A stretch of 52,826 nucleotides of DNA from Perkinsus olseni (Eukaryota). Positions 12,520-24,912 of the stretch are shown here, piece by piece. The translations under genes were made by a program, and so were the position numbers. How positions within the stretch are numbered: position 1 is the stretch's first letter; every line of letters starts with the position of its first letter. The notes beneath the pieces were generated by a model that made no database searches, was not told the origin of the DNA, and saw nothing but the letters and a program-made list of their open reading frames with translations. The stretch is taken from positions 1 to 52,826 of the forward strand of contig JABANN010000209.1 of NCBI GenBank assembly GCA_013115125.1. The letters are read 5' to 3'.

Positions 12520-12978
12520 CTAGTGTCGAACACTCGCGGCGAATACTTTTTCACCATCACCCAGGCATACTGAGAACAGGTTTGGCCTACGGTGGTATCG
12601 AAGCTTGATTTGAGACAATTCTGCTTCACGGATTAACCCAAGGTCCCTCAAGACTCTAAGGAAGAAGTTCATCTCCGCCTTCTGGTCGTCTGTCAAGTTG
12701 ATAAACTCCACCCTCTTTGTTGTAGGGTCCAAGCCGAAAAGAACATCTGGGCTGGTGACTTCGCTCGTGGGAACCGTGACCTTCATCTTGACGTGATCTT
12801 CCCCCTGCACGGACTTGAACGTCAGCTCGACAACTGCCTCGTCATGCCTTTCCCACAGCGGTGTTCTGTACTGGGCGAAGGAGATGTTTCGACGAGGCAG
12901 GAGGAAGGATAGTTGCCCTTCTACCAACACCACTACTGTGGCGAGGAGAGCGACTAGGAACGGCGATGATCTAGACAT
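12520..12978 (-). CDS. Uncharacterised secreted protein, family A copy 3
   Basis: MSRSSPFLVALLATVVVLVEGQLSFLLP...VEFINLTDD...GLI, collinear with 8491-8946. Confidence 0.75.
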   Translation of the reverse strand: MSRSSPFLVALLATVVVLVEGQLSFLLPRRNISFAQYRTPLWERHDEAVVELTFKSVQGEDHVKMKVTVPTSEVTSPDVLFGLDPTTKRVEFINLTDDQKAEMNFFLRVLRDLGLIREAELSQIKLRYHRRPNLFSVCLGDGEKVFAASVRH

Positions 12979-13027
12979 TTGAACAGGGAAGTCCAGCACC
13001 GAAATAACCACCTGGTCGAGCTTCGTG

Positions 13028-13136
13028 CGTTATTAACCAAACTCGACATAAGTGATACTGATAGAAGCCTGATCTTCACAGGTACCGGAGGAACGGATTT
13101 TAGGGTACCGGTGAATTGTGTGGTGACTCAATCACA
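13028..13136 (+). mobile_element. Third diverged copy of the TG...CA element family
   Basis: Contains AGTGATACTGATAGAAGCCTGATC and ends TCAATCACA, as in 6525-6641 and 609-924. No clear TSD. Confidence 0.55.
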
Positions 13137-13904
13137 GCGGAACTAGATTGTGTGCCTAATGGGGTCGTTGGTAGAAGAGAAGAATAAACTCACCCAATCG
13201 AGCAGTTCTCGATGGGTCGATGAAATTAGCAGGAATCACAGTTACTTCCACTGTGGTTTCTATAGCCACGGCCGAAGTCCCGGTAGCTGGAAATTAATTT
13301 CGAGCGAGATGTCGGAGACGCGCCTGTTGAAAAATGACAAGTTTCATCACCAGCATATTTTCAACACTCGCTCGATTCTGCATTTCCTGACGGACCATGT
13401 GAACATATTATGAATCGTTACAGAGGGTAATCCCTGAATGAACATAAAAAGTTTGGCTAAACTGGAACCGTGAGCGTCGGACTATAAACTCGCCCACGCC
13501 CCTTGCTGGTCAGCAGGATGGACAGCACTCGAAGTCCTGGCACTATATTCCTGTATATACCGTTTGATACTCTGAATGAAGGCAACGGGACCGGAGGTGC
13601 GAGTATGCTCTCGTGCGGGTCCAGGGCGTACCACACCAATCTTATTTCATCCTCTAGGGGGTGGGGGACTGCGAGAATCTACGTAAGAAGCATAACCAGG
13701 CCGTCCTCATCTGCTACTCAGGACTCATCACTCTGGGTTTCCGTCACCTACAAACCGCCAGTGATTATTGTGCCGTGACGCCCTGTCTTTCATAGTCCCT
13801 CTTGCCACTATTGTAAAGCTTTTGGTTGAGTGAAAAGTGTAAAAGTGGTAACATGGTGGACCCAAGATCGAATCGAGGGCGTTTAGTAGTAGCGCTCTCC
13901 ACCG

Positions 13905-16900
13905 ATGAATGACAAGAAGCCACCACGGGAGGTCACCAGACTTCAGCTAGTTCACGCTCTCGGAGGCCTCACCCCGCCAGACGATCGGACGCCTCTCAAG
14001 AATAGTCCAGCAGCCCTCTTCCCTGATGAGAGCGGACACTTCGTGGTGAGTGCTGCTACGGCGGCGCTCCTCCCCTCCAACTCCCCGCGAGGTACACGTA
14101 TCCGGAAAGCATGCAAGCATTAGACACGTTGACTCGAACACAGTCAACTTCCTCGCCCCCCTCGAGGAGGACTGTGCCGAGATGGTCACTGCCCTAGCCA
14201 AGACCCCAGACTGTCGGGTCCTTGCTGTTGGCCAGCTCCTTAGCGGTGGTCAGGTTAGGCCTTCCACCTGGTACCAACGCTAGCAGCGGCTGTTCTCAGA
14301 TGGCTGTGTTGTTATACAACCCGACGGTGCCCGGTAACCATCCCCAGGACGTCTTCCTTCTGCCAAAGGTGAGGGCGGATCGCTGTGGTGCAGTACGACC
14401 AGGTCCTGATTCAGGAGAGGAAAGGGGACAGAGTTGTGTCGATAGGACTGTCAGTGGATGGTCGAACACTAGTCCTGCTCACGACCACCGGCCACCTCTA
14501 TCACATCACCGGTTGGCAGAGAAGAAAGGTAAGTTAAGTGATCTCCGATATGAGCAACACTCGAGCTTCTACTAGACGGCCTTCAGGCGGTCGGATCTCC
14601 TCGGCGGACAAATCTTGAGGTCAACAACAGTACACAGTTGACGCTTGATGGCCTCTTCGCTAAGGTAAGCCCTGGAACTCCAACGCTGCTTGAGAACACT
14701 GCAGTGGGAGCCCAGCCGTTCCGAGCCTCTCACTGGACCCAGCGTCTTCTTTCCTCAATTATTGCGGGACTTAGTACTGAGGCGAGACCGCCATCAATAC
14801 CGCCGAGAACAGAAATAAAAATAAATACTGCCAGGTCACTGTATGTCCGACTGACTCATCCCTCATCTGCATCACCGGTCGTGATGGCTGCAAGTTCATC
14901 AAAGGCAAGGGTGGAGGGGAGCTGAAGGAAGTGCCTCCCTCTGTGAGCAACAGTTGATGGCAGCGGCGTGAATGGTCGTTATCAGATCTCAGGGCCAGGC
15001 GACGAGGGACCCACACGGCTCATCGATCACATCTGGCTGGTCTCTTCGGCCGCCTCCGATTGCCCTCTTGTCGTCGCCGTGGCCGAAAGCGGGCGGTGAG
15101 CAACCCGTCCTCAGTGACCAGTGGAGGGGCGTATCTTAGGTTGATGCTTGTATCATCCAAAACGGGTACCATCACCCACCATCTGCCTTGCCCCTCGCCG
15201 GACTTCCATCCCCGAGCGTTGTGTCCACTGAGCGGAGGGTTCATCGCGGTCGGGGCCGGCGGGACCATCACCGTCTGGGAGGAGACCAACAGCTCCGACG
15301 CACAACAGTCCATGCCCTACAAGTGCCCCTACACCTCATCCCAGTTGTTCATCATCACCTACCTCGCCCAGGCTCCTTCGGAAGGTGGTCATTGCCAAAC
15401 CGAAGGCCAGTCTGGAGTCAGTCGACATCAGCGGCACTGGCGAGTGGCTGGTGATGGTCACAGACACTAGGGAGATCATCGGTGAGCTCCCTTCACCACC
15501 GAGTCAGTGCATCTTCGGCCCTTTCAGTGCTACCAGCCACGTCAGTGTACACCTCCCCTGAGTGGCAAGAGGGCGATGCCCCAACTGAAGCCCTCCACCC
15601 GATCGTCCTGTCCGGGGGCTTCCATTCAGGCCCAGTCACCGGTGGGTCGTCAACAACCCCAACTCGCACCAGCACCGCCGCTGTGCAGGTCTGTCGTCGT
15701 GCCCTCTCCGGGAAATGATGGTAACCGTGTCGAGCGAGGACAGGAGCCTGCGGATCTGGCGTGAGTCCCCCCGACCCTCCTGCTTGCGAAGACCATACCC
15801 CCCATCAGGCCTGCCCTCAGCGTACATGGAGTTCAGTCGAGCTTTCCTCGGAGATGAGCCTCTCGACGTCGCCGTCCATCCCGTCGGCGGCTTCATCATT
15901 GCCGTAGCGTTCGTGGAGAAGATCAGAATCTTCCAGGTACCCTCTCAGCCCTGCCTCCCTCTGACCCGCCTGATTGTGCTGCATCTCAACGCTTCAGAGG
16001 GTCCCTCACTGTGGACACCGGCTTCGAGTCTAACTAAGCCGTTACCGTGGGCGTTGGACTATGAACTCACACAAGCTGTCTCCCTTCAGTTGAATAGAAA
16101 AATTACGAAACTCAGAATAGATTTTTGAGCGTGCTAGGCGATGGCAGAATCGATTCCGAACTTCAGAGCGATTTCATTCACCACTCGTCCCCTTTCGGTT
16201 GTCCAGGTGGTAGATGATGATCTGGCCGTCCTCAAGGAGCTCCCTTACCGCAGAGCAACGCCACTGGCTTGGAGCGCTGGTGGTCACTACCTCGCCGTAG
16301 CACAGGCGGGAGACAAGGGGGATGCCAAACAAGTAGGTTTCCCGGGACCAACCCGTGTGTCCACGAGCTCGAATCTGGTCAGATAATAGTCTTCGGGATG
16401 CACCGGGGCCTGGGCAAAGTTGCCACCCTGAAGGCCCAGTCTCAGGTTGGAGGTGGAGGAGGTGAACACATGATGAGTCTCTCCTGGTTCGAGTACCATT
16501 GTTTTACTCTGCCCCAGCAGTCCTTCATGAGTGTTCCTGGCGTTACTACGATATCATACCACACTTCCCACAACTCCTGCTGACTACTCTACCTAGTCTT
16601 CATCACATCGAAGCTAAAGTGCAATCACTGAGTATCGCGTCAGCTGTTATTAGGAAAGCTTTCGCGTCCGGAGGCCGCCGCCCCTCCGATGGCGGTCTCC
16701 AGCCAATTGTCCCATCCCCCTTCAGGCAGGCTAGGAGATACGCCCCAGCCTCTCTCCTCTATAACCGGAATATGCGGCCTAGCGTTCGACCAGGACGATC
16801 GTCATCTCGCCGTCGTCACTTACAGTGGGTCATCGAGCACTGTAGGGTAGACCTCGGGACCGCTCTCCCCCAACCCTGTCAGCAGGTCACCGAGTGGGAG

Positions 16901-19387
16901 TGTGGTTCCTGGTCGAGAACGTCCGAGCACTCCACGACGAAGGAGTGTATCTACACGTGCCTTGCCTACCGTCGGTAAGCCACCCCTTCAGCTGCTCAGT
17001 CGTCCCCTCTTGCGCAGGTCTGACATCCTCGTTGGTGGGCTCATGATGAAGCCAGGCCCTGGTAAGTACTGCGACCCAGACGTCGGTGACATTCGGTTAC
17101 TTAGGCGGGTCGACCGAGTATCGAGGTGTCATTAGAAAGCTATTGGACGGCGAGGTGACCGGGCATGGTCTCTCCGACGCAGTCACGAGAGGGTGATCAG
17201 GTGGTCGAGGAAGCCCTACCCTGGCCCGCAGCGACGGACCATCCCGCAGCCGCCTACCCCACAGCGATAGCCTGTTCAAGTACTTCAATCGTTTCCCATC
17301 CTCCAGCATCATCGCCCCTTCGCAGACGGGGACGCCTCGACCGTCGCCGCCGCCGCACTGCTGGTCGGGACCTCCCAAGGCTCGGTCTGTGCCCTTAGCC
17401 ATCCCCTCACCGCAACGTGTCTCGACCAGTACCCCGCACACATCGGCCGAGTCACGAGGCTCCATCTCATGTCCGCCGTTCTCACGACCATCAGAGTGCT
17501 CCAAATGCTGTCCCCTCCAGATTGTGTACTGGCCAGACGATGGCGACCACCGGGGACGACGGGGCTGTACTGTTCTTCAATATCGGCGACTGCAGCGGTA
17601 GGGGGCCGCTGATTTTCGGCAAGTCCCTCCCCTTCCGAAGGCTCCTCTCAGTACCCACACGCTCCGCCGCGATGCTCTTCCCCAACGACATTCTCACTGT
17701 GACCAGGAGTCGGCTGGAAGTGAGTTCATGACGGTTGCAAAACTCAGAAGGCGGCTGGTCTCCGGCAGGCCCACGCTGAGGAGATAGCCGAAGCTGAGAA
17801 GACGATCGTCGCCCTTAAGTGACGGTCATCTCGCAGTAGGTCGAGGTGACGGTGCCCATCCTCTTCTTCAGGCGGCAAGCTGCGGCGACCGTATCGGAAA
17901 TAACGGCTCAGACCGAGGAAAGACTATCGAAGGCACGAGATGGTGACCGAGCCAAAATCGAGAAACTGCAGCGACGGTACACTGCCTTGGAGACAGCGAG
18001 CACTGCAAAGGTTAGTCCGGTATGGTCGGCGAGGGCGTAGGGGTCCTGGCAGGAGAGCGAGGCCTTGAGGGCGATGAAGACGCTGGAGGCGACCCAAGCT
18101 GAGGCGACGGAGGAGCTTGAAGGTCAGCATGATGGGACTGCGTAGGGGCCTGTGCAGTACTCTGCCTCAGCCTTCTACGAGAAAAAACTGTCACAAGAAA
18201 CTGCGCGATTTGAAGAAAGTGAGAAGTGCCGGCGAGAGGAGATGCAGAAGAATCAGGAGCGCCAGGTGGGTGGGGAAGGGACCGTCAGGCTGATGGCTGT
18301 TGGCAGGCTGAGCAGCAGTACCGATCGAGACGAGAGAGGGCTGCCCTGCAGGAAGAGTTCGAGAGTCGACTACGGGAGGCCAGGGCTGCTAATGAAGCCA
18401 GTCAGGGCTTGATCGAGGACCTCAAGAAGAAGTGGGTGGGGGAGGGGGGGCTCACTCTGGTCCATGTGGCCAAAGGTCCAGAAGAGAGTAGAGCAAACGA
18501 GAGCGAAGAATGACGTTGGGGGTTCTGACTGTGCTTAGCACGGGACGGCGACAGTACATGCTTGTGACCGAATAGCCTACTCAGTCGCAATCGGTCGAAG
18601 CCCAATCGGTTAAGGTACGAATCAACGCTAGAGGCCGAGGCTCGGGAAAGGGAAGAGGAGATCAACAAGATCATCGCCGAGAGGGACGAGAAGATCCATG
18701 AGCTCACCAACAGCTGTGGCGTCCCTCGGGTGCCTGCTGCCGTTAGACGCTCTTGTCGTGGCAGGCGAAGAGCGGCGCAGAGAACAAGAGAGCGCGATGA
18801 GGGCCCTGCAGGAGATCCTGAAGGAGAGAGTGAAACTGTCGAATGAAACGGCCGAGGCCTCCAGCATCATAGCCGCCCTCAAGGCCAGGGTTGAGGAGCA
18901 GGCCCGCAAGTACCACCTCAACTTAGCACTCTGCCTTCGCTGGCCGGGTCGTGATTATTAATAGCTAGGCTGATCGATAGAAGCTTTCCTTAGACATCGT
19001 GCTGTATAGCAGGGCGCCGCCGCCGCCGCCGGCTACCAGACCGATGCCACAAAATAGCGCCCTTCTGAAGTCTCCGCTGGCCGGCTGCTACGGTCTTCTT
19101 GGTATGAAGTCCTGAGCCCTCTCGCCCTTGTGTCACACAGTCCTCTTACTGTCTGCCGAATATCCTCACCCATTGAGATTTTTCTTAGTCGGGCTAGTAG
19201 AAAGATCTCGAATCTGGACTGTGTTTCAGTATGGTCGACGGACTTCAGGTTAGAAGGCTCCAAGTCGCGTAGCACCCAGCAGGGTAAGGTCCGGCAGCGG
19301 AAAGAGCAAGAGGTCAGAACCCTGCAGGACAAGATAGTCTCTCTTGAGCAAGTGAAGGGTGTCCTCGAGTACCGACTGCGGGAGGTG

Positions 19388-19420
<33 letters not shown>

Positions 19421-21453
19421 TTGCAGTAAGGTTTGGACGGTAGGTGAGCGAGGCTGAGGGGCCGAGGGAGGAGGAAATACACAGGCTGAGAAGGAAGATA
19501 TCCGACGCCCAAGGCGAGCTCGAGAAGCAGGTAAGGTGCTGTTACGCAGTAGGGAGAGGAGGGACGGGTTAGTCGCATAGAGAGGGTATCTGCAACCACA
19601 TTTGCACGCGAAACGAAATCAGCAAGGACCGATTCACCTCCAGTGTGAAGCGACAGGAGCGTTTCTGATAAGACTCGTAAACTATTCGACATGACAGGAC
19701 GATTACTACTGGGCTGCGTCCCTACACGGTCACCCGGGCCAGGGCCGCCTTTCGGTAAAGCCGCAGTATTGTCCCCTGTAGGGTCTACCGCAGTTGTGAA
19801 GTACCCGACAGTTGTCCTGTCGGGTGATTTGAGAATCGTGTGGTATCAATTTTCTTCGACTGATTTTCCATTACGCAGGCTGCGGTGCAGAAAAAGTTGG
19901 AGGGAGATCTTGAACGGAAGGCAGCGCTGGCGGGGCAGCACAGAAACGAAGTGGCGACGCTGAACGAGAGAATACAGGACGGCCAAAGTTGGATACTGCA
20001 GGTTGCAACACTCGTGAAAAGCATGCTTCAACCTAAGATACGCTAGCGGAATTGAAAAGGGAGCTCACGGCGGTTGTAGAGAACCCGAACGTGAAGGAAT
20101 GGCCGACCCTCCTGAACAGGATCTACCAAGAACGAATCGTTGGTCGGAGCGCCCATCGGCCGCTCGACTTCGTTATTACTAAGCATCCCTTCAGATAAGA
20201 AGCCCTCTAGAAGCGCAAAGGAGGAACGGGTGAGTGAACCCTCGTCCGTTGATCACGAGTTGATACAACAGATGCGAACATCTCCGTCGACCTCCAATCT
20301 GGGGGACTGTCTTGGACCGCTGGAAGCTCGAAGACAGATGAAGGCACTTGACAAGAAAGTGGGCGGGCCTTTCCTCCTCGCGTCCGAGTCTTATAATAGG
20401 GAGGTTAAGTCTGATGAATCCTTCGCTTGCCTGTCGGTGACGGGCCGTAGGGCTTGCTGAGGGAACCATCTCGCTTTATGGGAGGGGCTTCGATGAACTT
20501 GAGTGCCGAGTATCAACGGCATTAGCTCCGCTCCCTTGTGGGTTGCCAGACATTGACTGAACCCAACAATTCAGAACTCGAGCCAAGATGGCTACGGACT
20601 GACTTATACCAATCTCATCAATACTGATCGCACAACAACCAACCAGTGTTACCATAGCTGAGATTGGGAGATAGACTACAATAAGACATCCATCTAACAG
20701 AGGCTCATCAGCGCTGCCTTACGATCGTCCCTATCTGGCGGTCAGTTGCACAGCCTCGCCGCGCAGTCTTCCCGAGCCAACGCAGCCAGCAGGAGAGATC
20801 TCAGCAAACGGGCTATGGAGAACGCGACACTCCTGAGTGAAATCAACGACACTCGAGTCAAGAAAAAGAATCTCGAGGATCAGGTGAAGATCGCTATGGC
20901 TGCCCTCTTCCGTTGGTCAGCACGGCCGTCAGGTGAAGTCCCTACAGATCGAGTTACGAGAGATCCGCGGCAAGGAGGCCCAACGAGGGGGCGAGGGAAG
21001 GGCTAAGGCGAGGCCTCAGGAGAAGGGCACAGCAGATGGCGGTAAGGAGCCTGTCCGAAGACAGTGTCCTGTGGAATCTTGAGCAGGAGCTGCTCGACTC
21101 CCACGGCTTGATAGAAAGGGTAAACAGCGGAGCGAAGAAACGAAGGGGATGCAGCATCTTCGTATGACGATCGAGCAAAAGTCTGAGATGATCCGCATGC
21201 AAAAGTTGGAGATCAGTATGCTGCAAGAGCAGGTGAGAAGGGGGCCATCTGCCCTCGCCGCTGAATATCGTTGCTTCTACGCCGTCCTCCCCGGCTTCGC
21301 AAATCGCGTTTCTCTGGCCGGCGTGCCGGGGTAACATCGGCTACGGTGGTATTCACACTGGGAAAGATCGAGACCAGGAGAACTGGCCTGGGAGGAAGGG
21401 GAGTTGAAAAAAAGGTGAAACTCAGGAAGCGTCGAAAGGTGCATTTGTACTGA
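13905..21453 (+). CDS. CFAP57: Cilia/flagella-associated protein 57-like (WD40 repeats plus long coiled coil), many short introns
   Basis: Exon peptides SEDRSLRIW, DEPLDVAVHPVGGFIIAVAFVEKIRIFQ, DDDLAVLKELPYRRATPLAWSAGGHYLA, LEQVKGVLEYRLRE and MENATLLSEINDTR parallel known CFAP57/WDR65 motifs in order. Ends are approximate. Confidence 0.8.
15972..16073. repeat. Dispersed 102-bp repeat (copy B) inside a CFAP57 intron
   Basis: About 91% identical to 9215-9316. Confidence 0.9.
19389..19420. repeat. (CAG)n microsatellite at an intron 5' end
   Basis: About 10 CAG units directly after a GTGGG donor. Confidence 0.9.
20577..20598 (-). ncRNA. Degenerate spliced-leader (SL) exon copy, probably an SL RNA pseudogene or relic, antisense in a CFAP57 intron
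   Basis: Minus strand reads TCCGTAGCCATCTTGGCTCGAG, a 21/22 match to the SL consensus DCCGTAGCCATYTTGGCTCAAG. It is followed by TT rather than GT. Confidence 0.7.
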
Positions 21454-22265
21454 GCAAAGCACTTAATATTTCGGATTGTTAAGACTGATACCCACTCACT
21501 TCTGGCGAGAGTCGAGGTTGTCTCCCATTTAGGTTGAATCTCTTTTAAGAGCGAGAGAGAAAGAAAGAAGCAAATGGTAAGCCATTCTGCTGTCATGCCT
21601 CCACTCGGCTGAGCTCCCCTTATGGACGTGTGCTCTATCATGACTCGTCTGTTGTGTTGTTGCGGTACACACCGGAAACGTATTACTTCACGCGGCTATG
21701 AAGTACAATTACACGTTCCAGTCCAACCAAAATGCTCACCATCGATGCCAAACCGAATCACGAGGCGGCTGTTGTGGTTTAGCAAAATAAGTAAAATAAA
21801 CTCATAGTAAAACCTCATTAACTCGTAGTAAAATATCACTCCGAAATAGCTCATCGCCTGATGATGCACTTCCGAGTGAAACCCCCACTTGAAGTGCCTC
21901 TATTGTTAACAACAATTGTTGTACATCTTCGCGAGGTGGCTTCGATAGAGTAACCCATGCCACTACAGGAGGAATCAAATACACTCGCCGGTCGCTCCCC
22001 GTCTGATGTGTCTAGTCAGGCAGGCGGGGGCCGATTCATAGCGTCTGGATGTACCCCACTGTCACCAACAGGCGGCATTCTTTGCCTTCTACAATAGACC
22101 CGTGCGGGTATTCATGCTCACGTATCATGATAATTTGTCGTGCCTGGTGTTCCTACTACTCGCATAACGCAATGACAAACTGGGTGAAAACGAATGAATA
22201 TCCGCTCTGAATGAACGTTATCATTAATATGACCAAATCTGATACAACTACTACGACCACAGCCT

Positions 22266-23677
22266 TCAACGGCCACCAGCGTCTTCCTCACACGACGTCC
22301 GAGTCGAAGTCTCAGCAGGTCTTTCCTGCTGTTGCCTGCCGGGCCTCGTACCACCATGTGGGCCTCCGGAGCTCCTCGGCTCCTCTTTCACCGCTGCGTT
22401 GGCGGCCTCCACGAAGTTGAACGGCATTATCCGCTGAGCCCGGCCACCGAACACCTGCCCCACCATTGGAGTTCTCTCATCCTCATCAGAATCATAACTC
22501 CAGTCATCATCCTCGTCCACCGTGATCTCTACACCATGCGGAGCCAGGCCAAACTCCGCTCCCATGTCGTCAGCCAGGGACTCGCCGTTCTCCTGATGAT
22601 TTCGATTATGATGGCTCTCCCGGGGCGGCGGGGTAAATGGTAAAGTCGCAAAGTCAACGCCATTGAAGAAGGGATGCGCCTTGAGCTCCCCGAGGTTGCC
22701 AAAGCCAAGCCTGTCCGCAGGCTCAAGCACCAGTAATTTTCCTATAAGATCCCTCGCCGCATCAGACACGTCATCCGGCATGTCGTACTGTCTCGCGAGT
22801 ATCATCTGAAATGTCTGTCCCTCCGAACCCGACTGGAAGGGCGAATAACCAACTATCATTTGATAGACGATACACCCCAACGCCCACAGGTCCGAGGCGA
22901 AGCCCGCCACAGCAGAGTCGCTGAGCATCTCGGGCGACACATACTGTGCCGTCCCGACGAACGTGTTCATCCGCCGTAGTTGGGAGTCATCATCGCTTTG
23001 CGTAGAGGCTGACTTCGTATCGCCACTGGCAGCGCTCTTCTCACATCGATATGCCAGACTCGGTGAAATTGCCTGAGGATCACAGGCCCGACGATGCCTC
23101 CTGGGCGTCCCTATTACCTTGGCCACGTCGAAGTCTACCAGTTTCAAGTGTCCCTTATTTATTAGAATATTATCGGGCTTGAGGTCACGATGGGCCAGCC
23201 CTTTGGACCGAAGTTGGACAAGCATATTAACAATCTCTGCGGCGTAGAACCTCGCGAGGTCCTCGGGGACTCGTCCCCACCTCCCGATCTCCTCCGCGAG
23301 GTCGCCCCCTTCACAGTACTCAAGCGCAAAGTAAAGCCAAGTTCGGTCCTGAAAAACGCACCATGCCGGGATCGAGCCTGCGCCTTAGCACCTACCTGAA
23401 ACGTGAAGTACAATTTTACTATATTATCACAGTCTCTCAGTTTCATGAGAGTATCCCTTTCATTCAGCACTTGCGGCGTTTTATCGAGCTGACGACAAAA
23501 CCGATCGCCATCGCCGTGCCTTAGCCACCCTACTACCCGCTCCAGTGTCTTCTTATCTAGAATCTTCAGAGCGTACTCCTTCCAATCAGTTTTGTCCCGC
23601 ACATGCACGACCTGTGCAAAGGCGCCGGTCCCCAGTAGCGACCCGAATTCAAAATCAGACCGACTGTAGTGCCTCAT
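22266..23677 (-). CDS. PDPK1: 3-phosphoinositide-dependent protein kinase 1-like AGC kinase
   Basis: Motifs DFEFGSLLGTGAFAQV, YALKILDK, IVKLYFTFQ, HRDLKPDN, TFVGTAQYVSPE, SDLWALGCIVYQM and LKAHPFF. A PH-like segment (VVRGP...RRVRKTLVAVEG) lies near 22270-22357. The DFG motif reads DFD. The 3' end is uncertain. Confidence 0.8.
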
Positions 23678-23801
23678 CTCAAAGCGCCATGCAAACCTAC
23701 TGCCCAGGAGTCCGCCCAGGGGTCACCAAAATGAACGCAAAACGACAAAGTGAGGAAACGGAAGGAGGGGATACTTTACCGACTTATCTGCTGAAGGTAC
23801 G

Positions 23802-24417
23802 TTAGAGGTAGGGGTTGATGGCGACGACGCCCTTGTGGACCTGACGGGGCGAATTGGGCGATGGATGGTATGGAAGTGTGAAATCTCACCTGCTCGTAGG
23901 TCTTGGTGTAGGTAGAGTCCTCCCTAGGCTCGGTTACCAATACCACCGAAGCAGCCCTCTTAGTCTGGCAAGCAGTACCTGAATAACACCCCATCCAGGG
24001 ATCGAACCGGGGACCTTTCGATTACCCAAAGCCTGTCTTGATGGTACGTAGGCGTAGGGAATACCCTTCTTCTCACAGTAAGCCGGCACATGAGCGATAA
24101 CATCAACCGGATAGACATCAGCAGCCAGCAGTACCATACCCTTTTGACCTGATCAACAACACCACCCTTATCGAAGTACCCCCCCGCCACGCTGAAATTA
24201 CCTTTTCTGATGGCCTTCAATACCTCAGGCACGCCCCTCCGTAAACTCTTACACGTGGCAGCTAAACAAAAACAAAGATACGACCGCAAAGCTGATATGA
24301 GCTCCCCTTACCCTTTTTAACAAGCTTCATGGCCCTAGCGTTCAACTTGCCTCCCATTAGAGGGTCGGCAATAGGGGAGACGTAGAGGGTCGTGGAGGGG
24401 GTCTCATTATCGGACAT
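23802..24417 (-). CDS. NHP2: H/ACA snoRNP subunit NHP2 (L7Ae family), copy 1, 5 exons
   Basis: LYVSPIADPL, LRRGVPEVLKAIRKG, VLLAADVYPVDVIAHVPAYCEKKGIPYAYVPSRQALG and TKR. Confidence 0.88.
23979..24025 (-). other. 47-nt intron consisting largely of a tRNA 3'-half-like (B-box) sequence
   Basis: Sequence GTAATCGAAAGGTCCCCGGTTCGATCCCTGGATGGGGTGTTATTCAG. Confidence 0.7.
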
Positions 24418-24912
24418 CGTCACCGGAATACACTAGAAGGCCTCATGGTTCCCCAGCCTATAACAATACACCGGGCCAGCCGGAAAAATGAGAGGTCCAA
24501 GCGATGGTAGAGACAGCCCGGCCCTGCGCCGCCCGAGGACAGCAGGGGCTCACCAACGCTAAGGAGACAACTGGTGCAAATGTAATTTTAACAATGTGAT
24601 GTCACGAGAAAAAATTTCCTTATGAAGCTGATAATCTCAGCATGAAACACGTTAGTGACAATATCAATTCTTGACAATAGTAATGTTCATAAGATAGATC
24701 CCAGTATGGGTCCGTTACCAGGATAACAACAACGATGAGGGCTGTGAACTACCTCCAACCCAGAAGCCCAGCAGCCTTATCCGTGCGTCCCAAGGGAAAG
24801 GAGATGAACTCAACCACGCTGGAAAAGTGATAGAAACCATCGTCTAAGTGGTGAATACTATTGCTGGTAATGGATGGGATATGACGTTGGGTGAGAGGGG
24901 AAGGGAGAATCC

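Noticed and set aside
19033-19692. 219-aa minus-strand ORF with poly-Leu
   Set aside because: It is antisense to CFAP57 exons, and the poly-Leu comes from the CAG microsatellite.
24590-24640. Possible C/D snoRNA between the NHP2 copies (GTGATG...CTGA)
   Set aside because: The box C is imperfect, the span is only about 36 nt, and there is no terminal stem.
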